Assembly: GCA_934793215.1 (NCBI GenBank)
Contig: CAKVOP010000002.1
Span: 193,859-257,858, forward strand
Source of the DNA: an uncultured Clostridia bacterium
Lineage (GTDB): Bacteria > Bacillota > Clostridia > Christensenellales > UBA1242
DNA length: 64,000 nucleotides
Direction of reading: 5' to 3'
Part shown: positions 10,201 through 18,522 of the stretch, in pieces
Position numbering within the stretch: the first letter of the stretch is position 1
Layout: every line of letters starts with the position of its first letter
Notes under the pieces: generated by a model
Seen by the model: only the letters and a program-made list of their open reading frames with translations
The model's database searches: none
Told to the model about the DNA's origin: nothing
Position numbers and translations under genes: made by a program

Positions 10201-13200
10201 AATATCTGTTTTGGAAGAAATCACACTTGTTTTGCTTTGTTTTCCTCTAACAAAGCTTGTAAGGATTTTCCCTGTCTCTCTGTTGGTTACACTTATTCCG
10301 GCAACAGCACCTGTTTTTGAAAGAATATTTGTTATAACGCCTTCTTTAAATGCACAGCCAGAAATCTTGCCGTCGTTCGTTCCAGTAATTCCACCAATGT
10401 TAAATGGTGCTTGAACATTACATTTTACTGTTGAATTTGTGATAAACCCGCTGTTATTTCCGGCAATTAACCCCATGTAACTGTCAGCGGTCACACTTGA
10501 AGTCGCATTTGGAGCGTATACTGAAATGTATCCATCATATAAAGTTTCAACTCTACAATTTGTGATTGCTCCCGCATTTTCAGCAACTACACCACCAAAT
10601 GTAAAACTTGATGCGGAAGTTTCAAAATAAGTCAAAGCTGGGGTAAATCTTGAAGCCGTTCCAATACCATTTGCTTTCAACTCCGCACTTGTATCGGTTG
10701 ATTGATACGAAATCGTAAGGTTTTTAATTACGCTACCGCGTGCGAGACTTGCAAATGGAGCAATCATTGTTGCACTACCTACATCATATTTCCCATTTTT
10801 GAAAATAAGAGAAAGCCCATTTCCATCAAGTGAGGCAAATTTTGTTGTAATTGGCGAGAATGCAGGTATCACTTCTCCCGTTTCAACAATCGTTTCCTCC
10901 GTGTTAGGGATAACGATATTGTTAAGAAGAATGTAATATCCCCCGTCCGTCATCTTCAACAAATCTCTGTATTCAAAAATTGGTATAGGTGACTGATCAC
11001 TAGATGAAGTATAAACATTTAAAGCAAATTGCGTCTTCACAATGGCCTTTTCATTCTGGTCATCTTTTGATTTAATTGCTCGATAAATACCATTATTAAC
11101 CTCAAATGCCCCAGTGTAGGTTATGTAATATCCCTTTTCAATAGGTTCATGAGTTTTAATTGGAGTAAGTTTGTAATTGTTATATTTGAAGTAGTAGTTA
11201 TGGCTTTCGCCAGCTCCCAGAACAACTTCAAGTCCTTCATCTTGTGTTTTCCCACTTTCAGGAGCGGAACCCGATGAATTCAAGTTAGTTCTTGCCGTCC
11301 ATACTCCACTCTTAACCATGCTATCCATGAATGATTTGACTTTTGAGGCAATTTCAACATCATTTGCGTCAAATTCAACATAATCATAAAGGTCAATTTC
11401 AAGTTTGAATGCCGAACCAATTTGAACATTGATTACACCATCTCCCATACCCGAAACAACATCTTTATTTTTATCTTTTATGCCATCGTATGAAACGACA
11501 TACTCTTGCACTTGCACGTTCATCTCATCGACAAACTCAACTCTGTCTTCATCATTCGTGCGTAGAGTGACAATAAATTTATTCCCATTATTTGCGTAAC
11601 TTACTTTGTTAGGTGTTATTTTTAAGTAATAATCATTGTTGCGTTTTTCAATAGTTCCAAGTGTGGTGTTGCTTGACGAGATTGTCACAAGGTCTTTGTC
11701 ATAACCGTATGTTTCTATATCAAGTTTATATTCAAGACCTCTTGCAACTGCAAAGTGGTCACCATCTAACTCCTTATTTGCAATGCTTACTTTTGCATAA
11801 TATGGAAGTTTAACGGTGAGAGGTTTTGTAACAGATGTAGCCATACCATCTTTATACGCACTAATCACAACTGTTGAAACGGTGTCATTATCAACATTGT
11901 TTGTGCTGAAAATGTAGTTAATGTAAATTGAACCATTGAACGTCTCATACTTGTTGTTTCCCCCGTTATCACAAGTTGAATATAATTTAATGATTTCTTC
12001 TTTTGTAAGTTTAAGACCTTTGTTTGTACGAGAGCCTAGAATTTGCCCATCGTCGAAAATCGAATCTCCGCCAGTCGAATTTAAATTTTTAGCAGACAGA
12101 CCAAACACTGCAGAAGCTCGCCCTGCCAAATAGTTCGCATCAGCATTTTCAATCAAAATGTAATCAAATACTCCATCTATTGGTGCCAATGAGATCGCCA
12201 TGTGTCCTAGTTGCCCAGGATTGATTATATCACTTGATGACAAAGAAGTTTGATCGCGATAGTTTGTAACGCTAATTGTCCTAACGCTAGTTTTTTCAAG
12301 TGTAACAGGCAAACAAAGTTTAATTTGATTATTTGATTTTGCATTAAAAGTAAACCTATAAGTTTGATAAATGCTATCTGTACTTCCAAAAAGGCTTGAA
12401 TTAGTATTAACAGCAATTTCTACTGAATATTTTAAGTAATTGATACCATTTTCACAGACTTTTGACAAATCATTTTCACAGACTTTTGACAAATATTTTA
12501 TAGAGATAGCAAAAAGGTCATTATTAAAGGCCGTTTTGTTCTCATCAAAAATTTCTAGATCTATTCCTTCGTCTGCTTCACTTGCAGTTGTAGCAATAAT
12601 AATCGTGTCATTAATTTTTGTGCTTGAATAGAATGTAACCTCATCAAACACAATGTTATTGATGCTTATAGCACCCTTTGTATATTTTGCAGTTACAGAA
12701 GAAAGCGTTTTGTTTACTTTCCCAGTAAATTCTTTACGATTATTCCCCTCTCCAACAACGAACTTCAAGATAGGAGAGATTTCTAAAATATAATTCGTAT
12801 CTTCGACAATTTCATTTCCCTTTGAGATTGTAATTTGATTGCCGACTATTTCTATTTTTACGAGATTAGATTTCCCATTATCGTTTGTTACCGCAACCTG
12901 TGCAGTAACTGCATCGTTAGATTTTAAAGAAATTTTAACATTGTTTAAAAGTCCTTCGCCATTTTTATTAAGAGCCAAATCTGTATTTTCAGCATCTAGT
13001 TCTAGTGTATAATCTGGCAAAACGAAAAGATTTGTAAGATTGTTTGCAATTATAGAAATTTCACTTTGCTCTATTTTTGTGCTTTCATTTGATTGAGTTG
13101 GATAAACAATAGACTCATTTAGAAGTGAATTAAAGTAGTTTACAACATACACATAGATTACGAGTTTGTTAGACTCATTTAATATGCTTGTAGCGGTTAT

Positions 13201-16200
13201 GGTTGCAATTCCTGTGCTTTTCACAGTCATTGTACCATCTCTATCTATCGTTAAAACTTCTGGCGTAAGGCTTGTCAAAGTCAATTCGCCCAAGGCCTTG
13301 ATAGGATAAAATTTATGGTTTTGTGGAAGTTTGTTAAACAAGCGGTCGAGCTCGTTTTGAATTTCACTTCTATTAATACCCTCGGCAACCGATGACACAT
13401 CAAAATAATAAGCGTAAAAAGCCTTATTTTGCCCTGCATCTTTATCATTCATATAGTTGTTAAGGGTTTCATCACCAATACCATACTCAACTGATATTTT
13501 GCTTGTATCAAGTTTGAAATAAGCATACTTTAATTTTTGATTTTGATTAACTGCATTTTGCTTACCTATAACAATATAATCTCCAAAATATTCATTGATA
13601 GAGATAGATGTTATTTCACCTTCACCCAAATCATTTACTTTATCTACGCGATTTCTTGTAAGGAAAGTAGCAAAAGCTCCCTCTTTTGACAAAGTTCCAT
13701 CATCAAAGAAAGTTGTATTTGTATATTCACCAAAAAGTATACTATTATACTTTATATTAAAGTCATTAAATGTATCATCATTTTCATCACTGTTAAGAGG
13801 CAAACTTGTTCTATCAATAATAATCAAAGAGGCATTTTCCCCTGTTTCGCCGTTTTCAACCGCTTGAAGTGCGTATGCCGAATATCCTTGATCAGCATCT
13901 CCTGAATTGGTAATTCCAGCGACATTACCATCACTTCTCAAGAACATTCTTGATGTAAGCCCCGTCATGAAAGAGCCAATCTTATTTGTTTGTCCAGCAA
14001 TACCACCTATTAAGTCTCCATAGCCCTGTTCCCCGCTATGAACAAAGTTGTTTTTGGTACCCTCATATCCATTAGAGGTTATTTGCCCACCGACAATTAA
14101 TCCCTTTCCTGCCTCAAAGGATATTTCTTCATCATTCAAATCTTTTATCTTATCAGTGTAGTTTTTATATGTAACAAATGTCGTTGTTCCACTTGTTGGA
14201 TCTTTGCTTGCGACATAACCTGCGATTGTAGAGTTTTCAGCATTGAGTCCAGCCACGCCTCCCACTTTAAATTGAGAAATTGAATATACCTTATTAGTCC
14301 CATATGTAGTTGTGTGTTTTGTTGCACATAAGTTAGCGTTTACAAAATAGTTTGTATATCCTATGAATGTTTGCCCTTTTAAAGCATCTATTTTTTGGAT
14401 TCTACCATAGTTACGCCCCGTAACCGCACCAAATGAAATGATTCCACCCGTCACTTCAATGAGATTAAGGTTTTGGTCATAACCTATAACCTCAAATTTG
14501 TCAGTAGTCACAACTGTTTTATAAGATTTAAAAGGCTCAACACCTTTACTTGTAAGAGAAACAAATGAATAATCTTGTATTATTGTTCCAAAATTGTTAC
14601 CGACAATGCCACCAACATCACCAGAAAACATGTGTATACTAGAAGAAGAAAGTTTAACTGATATATTTCTTAAAGCACCGTGATTTTCTCCTGCAATAAG
14701 CCCAACACACATATTTTTATTTTGTGAACCATTCTCCTCATTTCCAATGTTGATTACACCTGAAAAAGTCACATTTTCAATGTAAGCGTCGTTTCCAATG
14801 CTGTAAAACATACCACCAAAAACGGTATTTACATTTTCGAAGATTTTAACCGTACGATTAATGTTAATTCCCGTGATTTCAGCATATTGGTTCGTGCCAA
14901 CGATAGACCCCTTAAACTCCTGCATTGGGAATAGATAAGAAACGCTTGAAACGTCTATAGTTGTGCCAATCTTATAGTGAGCATTGAAATCAAAGTTTAT
15001 AAAATCTTCTTCACTGGTTAAAGTATAACGATTATTTTCTGTACCATTTTCATATTGAACATCTATACATATCTCTTGCCCAACTTTGTCTGCTCGTAAA
15101 ATTCCATCAACAAGCCAATCCTGTGCAACAATGTAGAGTTTTGCTCTCATCTCCAAATCATCGACTCCGCCAGCAGATTTAGAGAACTCGCTGTCGGCAG
15201 TGATTGTAAACATGAATTTATTATCACTTTCAGTTACTGAAAGATTAAACATTTCATAAGTTGTTTGACCAATGGTGATAGAGTTATTTCTAAAATACGC
15301 AACAAGTGTTGGATTGTTTGCGACCTTGTTGTTATCAGCAAAAGCAACAACATAAGCCTCTTTTTTTAACGCAGAAATGCTTATTTCTTTTGTCGCTGTC
15401 GTAAGTGTCACGTTTGACACTTCTTCATATTTAAGAAATCTTATATTAATTGAATAAGAATATGTTTTTCCGTATTGAGTTACTCTTGCAAGAAGTGTAT
15501 CTGTAACAGAATTTGCATTTTCAATATTTTGCTTTGCAGTGTAAGTCAAAGTTCTCATATTGAAATAACCATAGTTTGTCTCAATAATAGGATTATTGTT
15601 ACTTGAATAATAAACTGATTTATTGTATTCCCAAGAAATGTAATTTTCTTTAAATTTATCTTCTATCCAAGAAGGTTGAGTTTCTCCTTCTTTTACAGCA
15701 TAGAATAAATATCCATCTTTATTGTTAACCGACGCAAGGAAAGAAACCATTCGCAAATTTTCATTTTGTGTATTATAGTAAACATTGCAATTTGTTGCTT
15801 CTTGTCCTTTTACGCTATCGTCACCGCCTTCGACAGTCTTTGTTATATTTAATTTTTCTATAAAGTCAAACGATACGAAATGTATTTTATAAGTCTTAAA
15901 CTGGTTAAATCTAACAAAATTCGCAATTTTATAGCCATAAACCGTAATGGTTAAATCCTCTGCTCCATTATCGCCATTTAAAAGTATGTCAAAAGATTTT
16001 TGTGATTTATTAACACTAGAAAGTCCAATAAAGCCCAATGTTTGGTCATCTTTTTCGACTCTAAAATCATTTATAGCTTTTGAGCCAGATTTTCCATTTG
16101 CGACAATTTGAATATCAAGTTTATCAGTTTTTGAAGAAAGGTCATTTTTAACAAAATAATTAATGCCTTCTCTTATTTCCATAGCTTCACTACCAATAAG

Positions 16201-18294
16201 GTTGTTGTCAGCATTTGTAGTAGTTGTGGTTACACTTTTAAGTGCCTCAATAGCAACCACTTTTATAGTTTTACTTATACCATTATCAAGTCGAATAAGG
16301 TAAGTGCCCTCACCAATTAGGTTTCTATTAAAAATAGAGAATTTAAGTTCATTATTTTCGCCACAAACACTCAATTCTGGCTCAAAGTTTGCAACATTGT
16401 CTCCGCTTAAATGATAGAAATAAAGTTTAGAAAAACTTGCGTCTGCTGTTAAAATTCCTGTTGCATCTATTTTATCGGTCTCATTAACGTCAATATAGAG
16501 TGTATCTGCATATTTTTCATCTAAATTTATATTTTTAGCACCATCTACTATCTTATATCTCAAATTAAAAAGCTTTTCTTCGCTTCTTCCAAACACATCA
16601 AAACAAAGGCTTAAATTTAAATTCTTTATTTCAACAGATTCGCTTCCTTGAATTCCTTTTATGTAAAGAGGCTCATCTAAATCGTTTATCAAAAGATATT
16701 TACTTGAGTTGTCTCCCTTGACCAACCCACTTAATGATGAAGTGCTGTTATAAACTTGTCCCTTATATCTAAATTGCAAATCCGCTGAATTAGTCAAGTC
16801 AATTTTAACGCTTGAACTTGCATCACTTGGGTCTACTGAAAGTCTAAACTCTTGCCAACCATACATATCTTCTTTATAGAAATTATAAAAAGTATATAAC
16901 CCAGTTGCAGTTGTATTTTGCTGATTTACCAGCAATCTTTGAGGAATAACTTTTATTTCTACTGGAATTTTTAATGCAAAATTGACCGACGAAGAGCTTA
17001 ATTTCTCGTACCCTTCATAGAAAAATTCTACATTATAGAATGTGTTGACATTTTTACCACTACTGCTTGAAACCTCGATATAATAATCGGTCGTTCCAGA
17101 GTTTTCGTCTTTAATTATTTTGCATACTTTCCCACTTAAAAGAGTTGTGTCTTGTGCAAAAACTTTTACACTCATAAGTGAATTAGTCTTCATGGTAATC
17201 TTTAAATACGCAACCTTATAGTTTTCATACAAATTTGCACCATTTTGTCTTGAAGTAAAACTTGGAACAAGTGTTAAACTATTTGTAGCAGTCCAGTTCG
17301 AATTGAAAGATACGGTTTCACTAAAAGCGTAGCCCTCGACATTTTCATTAATGGTTTCGTTCCCAGAGCCGTCTACATTAACTTGTTGGTAGGCGTATCC
17401 AACCTCACTATCTACAAATATATCTTCAAAGACCACAAATTCACGTTCGCACGACAAAACACTTTCGTTTTCTGTGCCTTGACCATTATATATAGCCACA
17501 AAGTAGAACTTATCGCCAGAAGTAACGGCTTTGCAATTTGAAAAATTTGCGGTGTTTTCATTCTCAATTTTGACAAATCTATAATGTTTGTTTCCAGCCA
17601 AATCTATTATAGCGTTGTTTAATATTGAATATTTAGTCCCCTCTTCATCAATAAAAAGTAAATATTCTTTTTCTCCTTTTGTGATGAGAGAAACCGAAGC
17701 GAATTCATTTGCATAGTTTGGGTCATTAAGACTAAATTTTAAAGAATTTTCATCAAGGCTATCAGTGCCATTTTTTTCACCATAGAAGTAAAACTTCATA
17801 GCAGTTTCTGTTGTGTTTTCTCCTAAATCGAAGTGGTTTACTGATGGTTTAAATTCAAGTGATTTTGTTACAAAAAGTTTTTCATTCGTTGCTGTGATGG
17901 AAGAAGCATATTCTTTAACATTAATTTCAATTTCTGCTGATCTATTGCCATCAATAGTTGTAACTGTTAAAGCGACATCTCCACCTTTAAGTCCGCTTAT
18001 TTTATATTTAGTTGAAAAGTTTTGCTTTGAAATTTCTTCTATTGAAGCAATTTCAGGTTTACTGAATGAATATACTAATGCATCATTCATTCCTGATGCA
18101 GGATTAATAATTGTAAAATCAACATACTTTTCTTCACCAACCGCGAGATCGATTGAAGTGATTTCGCCTTGTGCATCACTACATATAAGAGATGTTTTTG
18201 AGTAATCAGGCTTACCACATCCAACAAAAAGGAAGTTTGCAAGTGCAAGCAACAGTCCAAATATTATAAAACTAAATTTTCTAGTTTTTGTCAT
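7300..18294 (-). CDS. Giant (3664 aa) cell-surface lipoprotein with Big_2-like Ig domains and three blocks of GLUG-type repeats; putative adhesin
   Basis: Single uninterrupted 10,995-nt ORF. The N-terminus MTKTRKFSFIIFGLLLALANFLFVGCGK is a signal peptide with a lipobox (FVGC). A Big_2-like segment reads LAVGEEKYVDFTIINP...GGDVALTVTTIDGNRSAEIEINV. Many repeats resemble GGIVGNNFGTIIQDYSF, GGVVAENAGAITNCRV, GLIAGNNSGFITNSTV, SGFVGQNGGQIRNSYS, GGLVGTVEA and SGLVGLNTGTLRLAYC. RBS AAAAGGAG. No LPXTG at the C-terminus. Confidence 0.85.
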   Translation of the reverse strand: MTKTRKFSFIIFGLLLALANFLFVGCGKPDYSKTSLICSDAQGEITSIDLAVGEEKYVDFTIINPASGMNDALVYSFSKPEIASIEEISKQNFSTKYKISGLKGGDVALTVTTIDGNRSAEIEINVKEYASSITATNEKLFVTKSLEFKPSVNHFDLGENTTETAMKFYFYGEKNGTDSLDENSLKFSLNDPNYANEFASVSLITKGEKEYLLFIDEEGTKYSILNNAIIDLAGNKHYRFVKIENENTANFSNCKAVTSGDKFYFVAIYNGQGTENESVLSCEREFVVFEDIFVDSEVGYAYQQVNVDGSGNETINENVEGYAFSETVSFNSNWTATNSLTLVPSFTSRQNGANLYENYKVAYLKITMKTNSLMSVKVFAQDTTLLSGKVCKIIKDENSGTTDYYIEVSSSSGKNVNTFYNVEFFYEGYEKLSSSSVNFALKIPVEIKVIPQRLLVNQQNTTATGLYTFYNFYKEDMYGWQEFRLSVDPSDASSSVKIDLTNSADLQFRYKGQVYNSTSSLSGLVKGDNSSKYLLINDLDEPLYIKGIQGSESVEIKNLNLSLCFDVFGRSEEKLFNLRYKIVDGAKNINLDEKYADTLYIDVNETDKIDATGILTADASFSKLYFYHLSGDNVANFEPELSVCGENNELKFSIFNRNLIGEGTYLIRLDNGISKTIKVVAIEALKSVTTTTTNADNNLIGSEAMEIREGINYFVKNDLSSKTDKLDIQIVANGKSGSKAINDFRVEKDDQTLGFIGLSSVNKSQKSFDILLNGDNGAEDLTITVYGYKIANFVRFNQFKTYKIHFVSFDFIEKLNITKTVEGGDDSVKGQEATNCNVYYNTQNENLRMVSFLASVNNKDGYLFYAVKEGETQPSWIEDKFKENYISWEYNKSVYYSSNNNPIIETNYGYFNMRTLTYTAKQNIENANSVTDTLLARVTQYGKTYSYSINIRFLKYEEVSNVTLTTATKEISISALKKEAYVVAFADNNKVANNPTLVAYFRNNSITIGQTTYEMFNLSVTESDNKFMFTITADSEFSKSAGGVDDLEMRAKLYIVAQDWLVDGILRADKVGQEICIDVQYENGTENNRYTLTSEEDFINFDFNAHYKIGTTIDVSSVSYLFPMQEFKGSIVGTNQYAEITGININRTVKIFENVNTVFGGMFYSIGNDAYIENVTFSGVINIGNEENGSQNKNMCVGLIAGENHGALRNISVKLSSSSIHMFSGDVGGIVGNNFGTIIQDYSFVSLTSKGVEPFKSYKTVVTTDKFEVIGYDQNLNLIEVTGGIISFGAVTGRNYGRIQKIDALKGQTFIGYTNYFVNANLCATKHTTTYGTNKVYSISQFKVGGVAGLNAENSTIAGYVASKDPTSGTTTFVTYKNYTDKIKDLNDEEISFEAGKGLIVGGQITSNGYEGTKNNFVHSGEQGYGDLIGGIAGQTNKIGSFMTGLTSRMFLRSDGNVAGITNSGDADQGYSAYALQAVENGETGENASLIIIDRTSLPLNSDENDDTFNDFNIKYNSILFGEYTNTTFFDDGTLSKEGAFATFLTRNRVDKVNDLGEGEITSISINEYFGDYIVIGKQNAVNQNQKLKYAYFKLDTSKISVEYGIGDETLNNYMNDKDAGQNKAFYAYYFDVSSVAEGINRSEIQNELDRLFNKLPQNHKFYPIKALGELTLTSLTPEVLTIDRDGTMTVKSTGIATITATSILNESNKLVIYVYVVNYFNSLLNESIVYPTQSNESTKIEQSEISIIANNLTNLFVLPDYTLELDAENTDLALNKNGEGLLNNVKISLKSNDAVTAQVAVTNDNGKSNLVKIEIVGNQITISKGNEIVEDTNYILEISPILKFVVGEGNNRKEFTGKVNKTLSSVTAKYTKGAISINNIVFDEVTFYSSTKINDTIIIATTASEADEGIDLEIFDENKTAFNNDLFAISIKYLSKVCENDLSKVCENGINYLKYSVEIAVNTNSSLFGSTDSIYQTYRFTFNAKSNNQIKLCLPVTLEKTSVRTISVTNYRDQTSLSSSDIINPGQLGHMAISLAPIDGVFDYILIENADANYLAGRASAVFGLSAKNLNSTGGDSIFDDGQILGSRTNKGLKLTKEEIIKLYSTCDNGGNNKYETFNGSIYINYIFSTNNVDNDTVSTVVISAYKDGMATSVTKPLTVKLPYYAKVSIANKELDGDHFAVARGLEYKLDIETYGYDKDLVTISSSNTTLGTIEKRNNDYYLKITPNKVSYANNGNKFIVTLRTNDEDRVEFVDEMNVQVQEYVVSYDGIKDKNKDVVSGMGDGVINVQIGSAFKLEIDLYDYVEFDANDVEIASKVKSFMDSMVKSGVWTARTNLNSSGSAPESGKTQDEGLEVVLGAGESHNYYFKYNNYKLTPIKTHEPIEKGYYITYTGAFEVNNGIYRAIKSKDDQNEKAIVKTQFALNVYTSSSDQSPIPIFEYRDLLKMTDGGYYILLNNIVIPNTEETIVETGEVIPAFSPITTKFASLDGNGLSLIFKNGKYDVGSATMIAPFASLARGSVIKNLTISYQSTDTSAELKANGIGTASRFTPALTYFETSASSFTFGGVVAENAGAITNCRVETLYDGYISVYAPNATSSVTADSYMGLIAGNNSGFITNSTVKCNVQAPFNIGGITGTNDGKISGCAFKEGVITNILSKTGAVAGISVTNRETGKILTSFVRGKQSKTSVISSKTDIKDDTTIGVDDTSIISSPYSASGFVYQNAGLISDCYTDINLKGIVSTEGGMGYKISGFVGQNGGQIRNSYSVSLLPSNRDSSSGFAETNKLEDKTGSFANCYYLSDKDNSINVDLKFLQFEGVEALSEAQFDPTSNNKFNEYAHKQSIENSSVWFYPNGTTTSDFVEYQVTGGDTAASDEAIKGKLVFIGEVTEKNIDFAKGRLELVNPNTQALSRRIFDAAVVNEETGDITYYYTDQEDSPERGSIHNPRLIYNAKSMEDEILSSTSRSGLNISNFRLVNDIDYTAFEGLSSLYTVTFAGTMEGNGMTVSNISLESNKALASAGLFAGVGYSQMRRGSIKNLNLEIERMNFSETTNVGGVAGVLRYGELHGITVKPYSSNGATVLGANFVGGIVGKAIISYEITDVYSEMSVSSAYIAFDQTVYNQTSTNERYFSYAGSIAGFLGTGSLYNARSGNVDSIVGGKAGFVYGGVGKDAYVNYTYLDVKSSATIKSNLFAGLIAGEVVGTLSHAYVSDNGTDNNIFDVTARIPYAVGGITGRLAGGVIDNAVIYQTLNVNNFNINESYIQVVGGLVGTVEAESASLSRIYDCISTADVFARQIAGGAVGTVLTSLVVDSVAINAETINVAGQTATPIVGGIVAQNEAQTTITNSYCNADIKIRTSTSGIDSTVYASGLVGLNTGTLRLAYCYTTSIFDAEIYDSRAIGGLKNFATSPKAEGNGTISFNLTEHGGKDSNKPNVIASNVYYFGSNSGSFVDQASYITFRTKTKDADIDLHVNHYGQGIKDSGETLDDSASAALQGNRGIMNNLFINRYVYNNNLFYKKPDLQVIRVKDIIVREVGFTNNKTSETETWMFNSSDSTQLLKRFENGDGRLTLDNTNSVDISNFKQLKVYRDAERNVYDNITRSNGSETGVNENSYVNVFSKTVTTSKSGLVEVWNFDTWNTFTSLAIEKAENLVWLNKATLGK
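12447..12494. repeat. Perfect 2 x 24-bp in-frame tandem duplication inside the giant ORF
   Basis: CATTTTCACAGACTTTTGACAAAT occurs at 12447-12470 and again at 12471-12494. It encodes LSKVCEND/LSKVCENG in the protein (..YLSKVCENDLSKVCENGINY..). Confidence 0.95.
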
Positions 18295-18342
18295 ATTTCA
18301 CTCCTTTTAAAATCTCTAATACATAGCGTAAGTACGGTTTTA

Positions 18343-18370
18343 CTTATATTGTTAAGTTTTCGCCTTGCAA
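18343..18370 (-). promoter_or_regulatory. Candidate promoter of the giant lipoprotein gene
   Basis: Minus strand reads TTGCAA (18370-18365), a 16-nt spacer, then TATAAG (18348-18343), about 50 nt upstream of the ATG at 18294. The match is weak. Confidence 0.3.
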
Positions 18371-18480
18371 AAATATTTTCATTTTTTTAGCAAAGCAATG
18401 TTTAATTTTTGATTTTAGTAACTTTTTTAAATAAATTCTATAAATCGTGCAAAGGAAATAGTTTTGCTTAAAATGGAGAG

Positions 18481-18502
18481 CGGGATAAAATAATTTATCC
18501 CG
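18481..18502 (-). terminator. Weak hairpin after the VirB4-like gene
   Basis: CGGGATAAA (18481-18489) pairs with TTTATCCCG (18494-18502), 21 nt after the stop at 18523. The U-tract on the minus strand is poor (CTCTCCATTTT), so read-through into the giant gene is plausible. Confidence 0.35.
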
Positions 18503-18522
18503 AATTTCTCGCCATTGCATGA

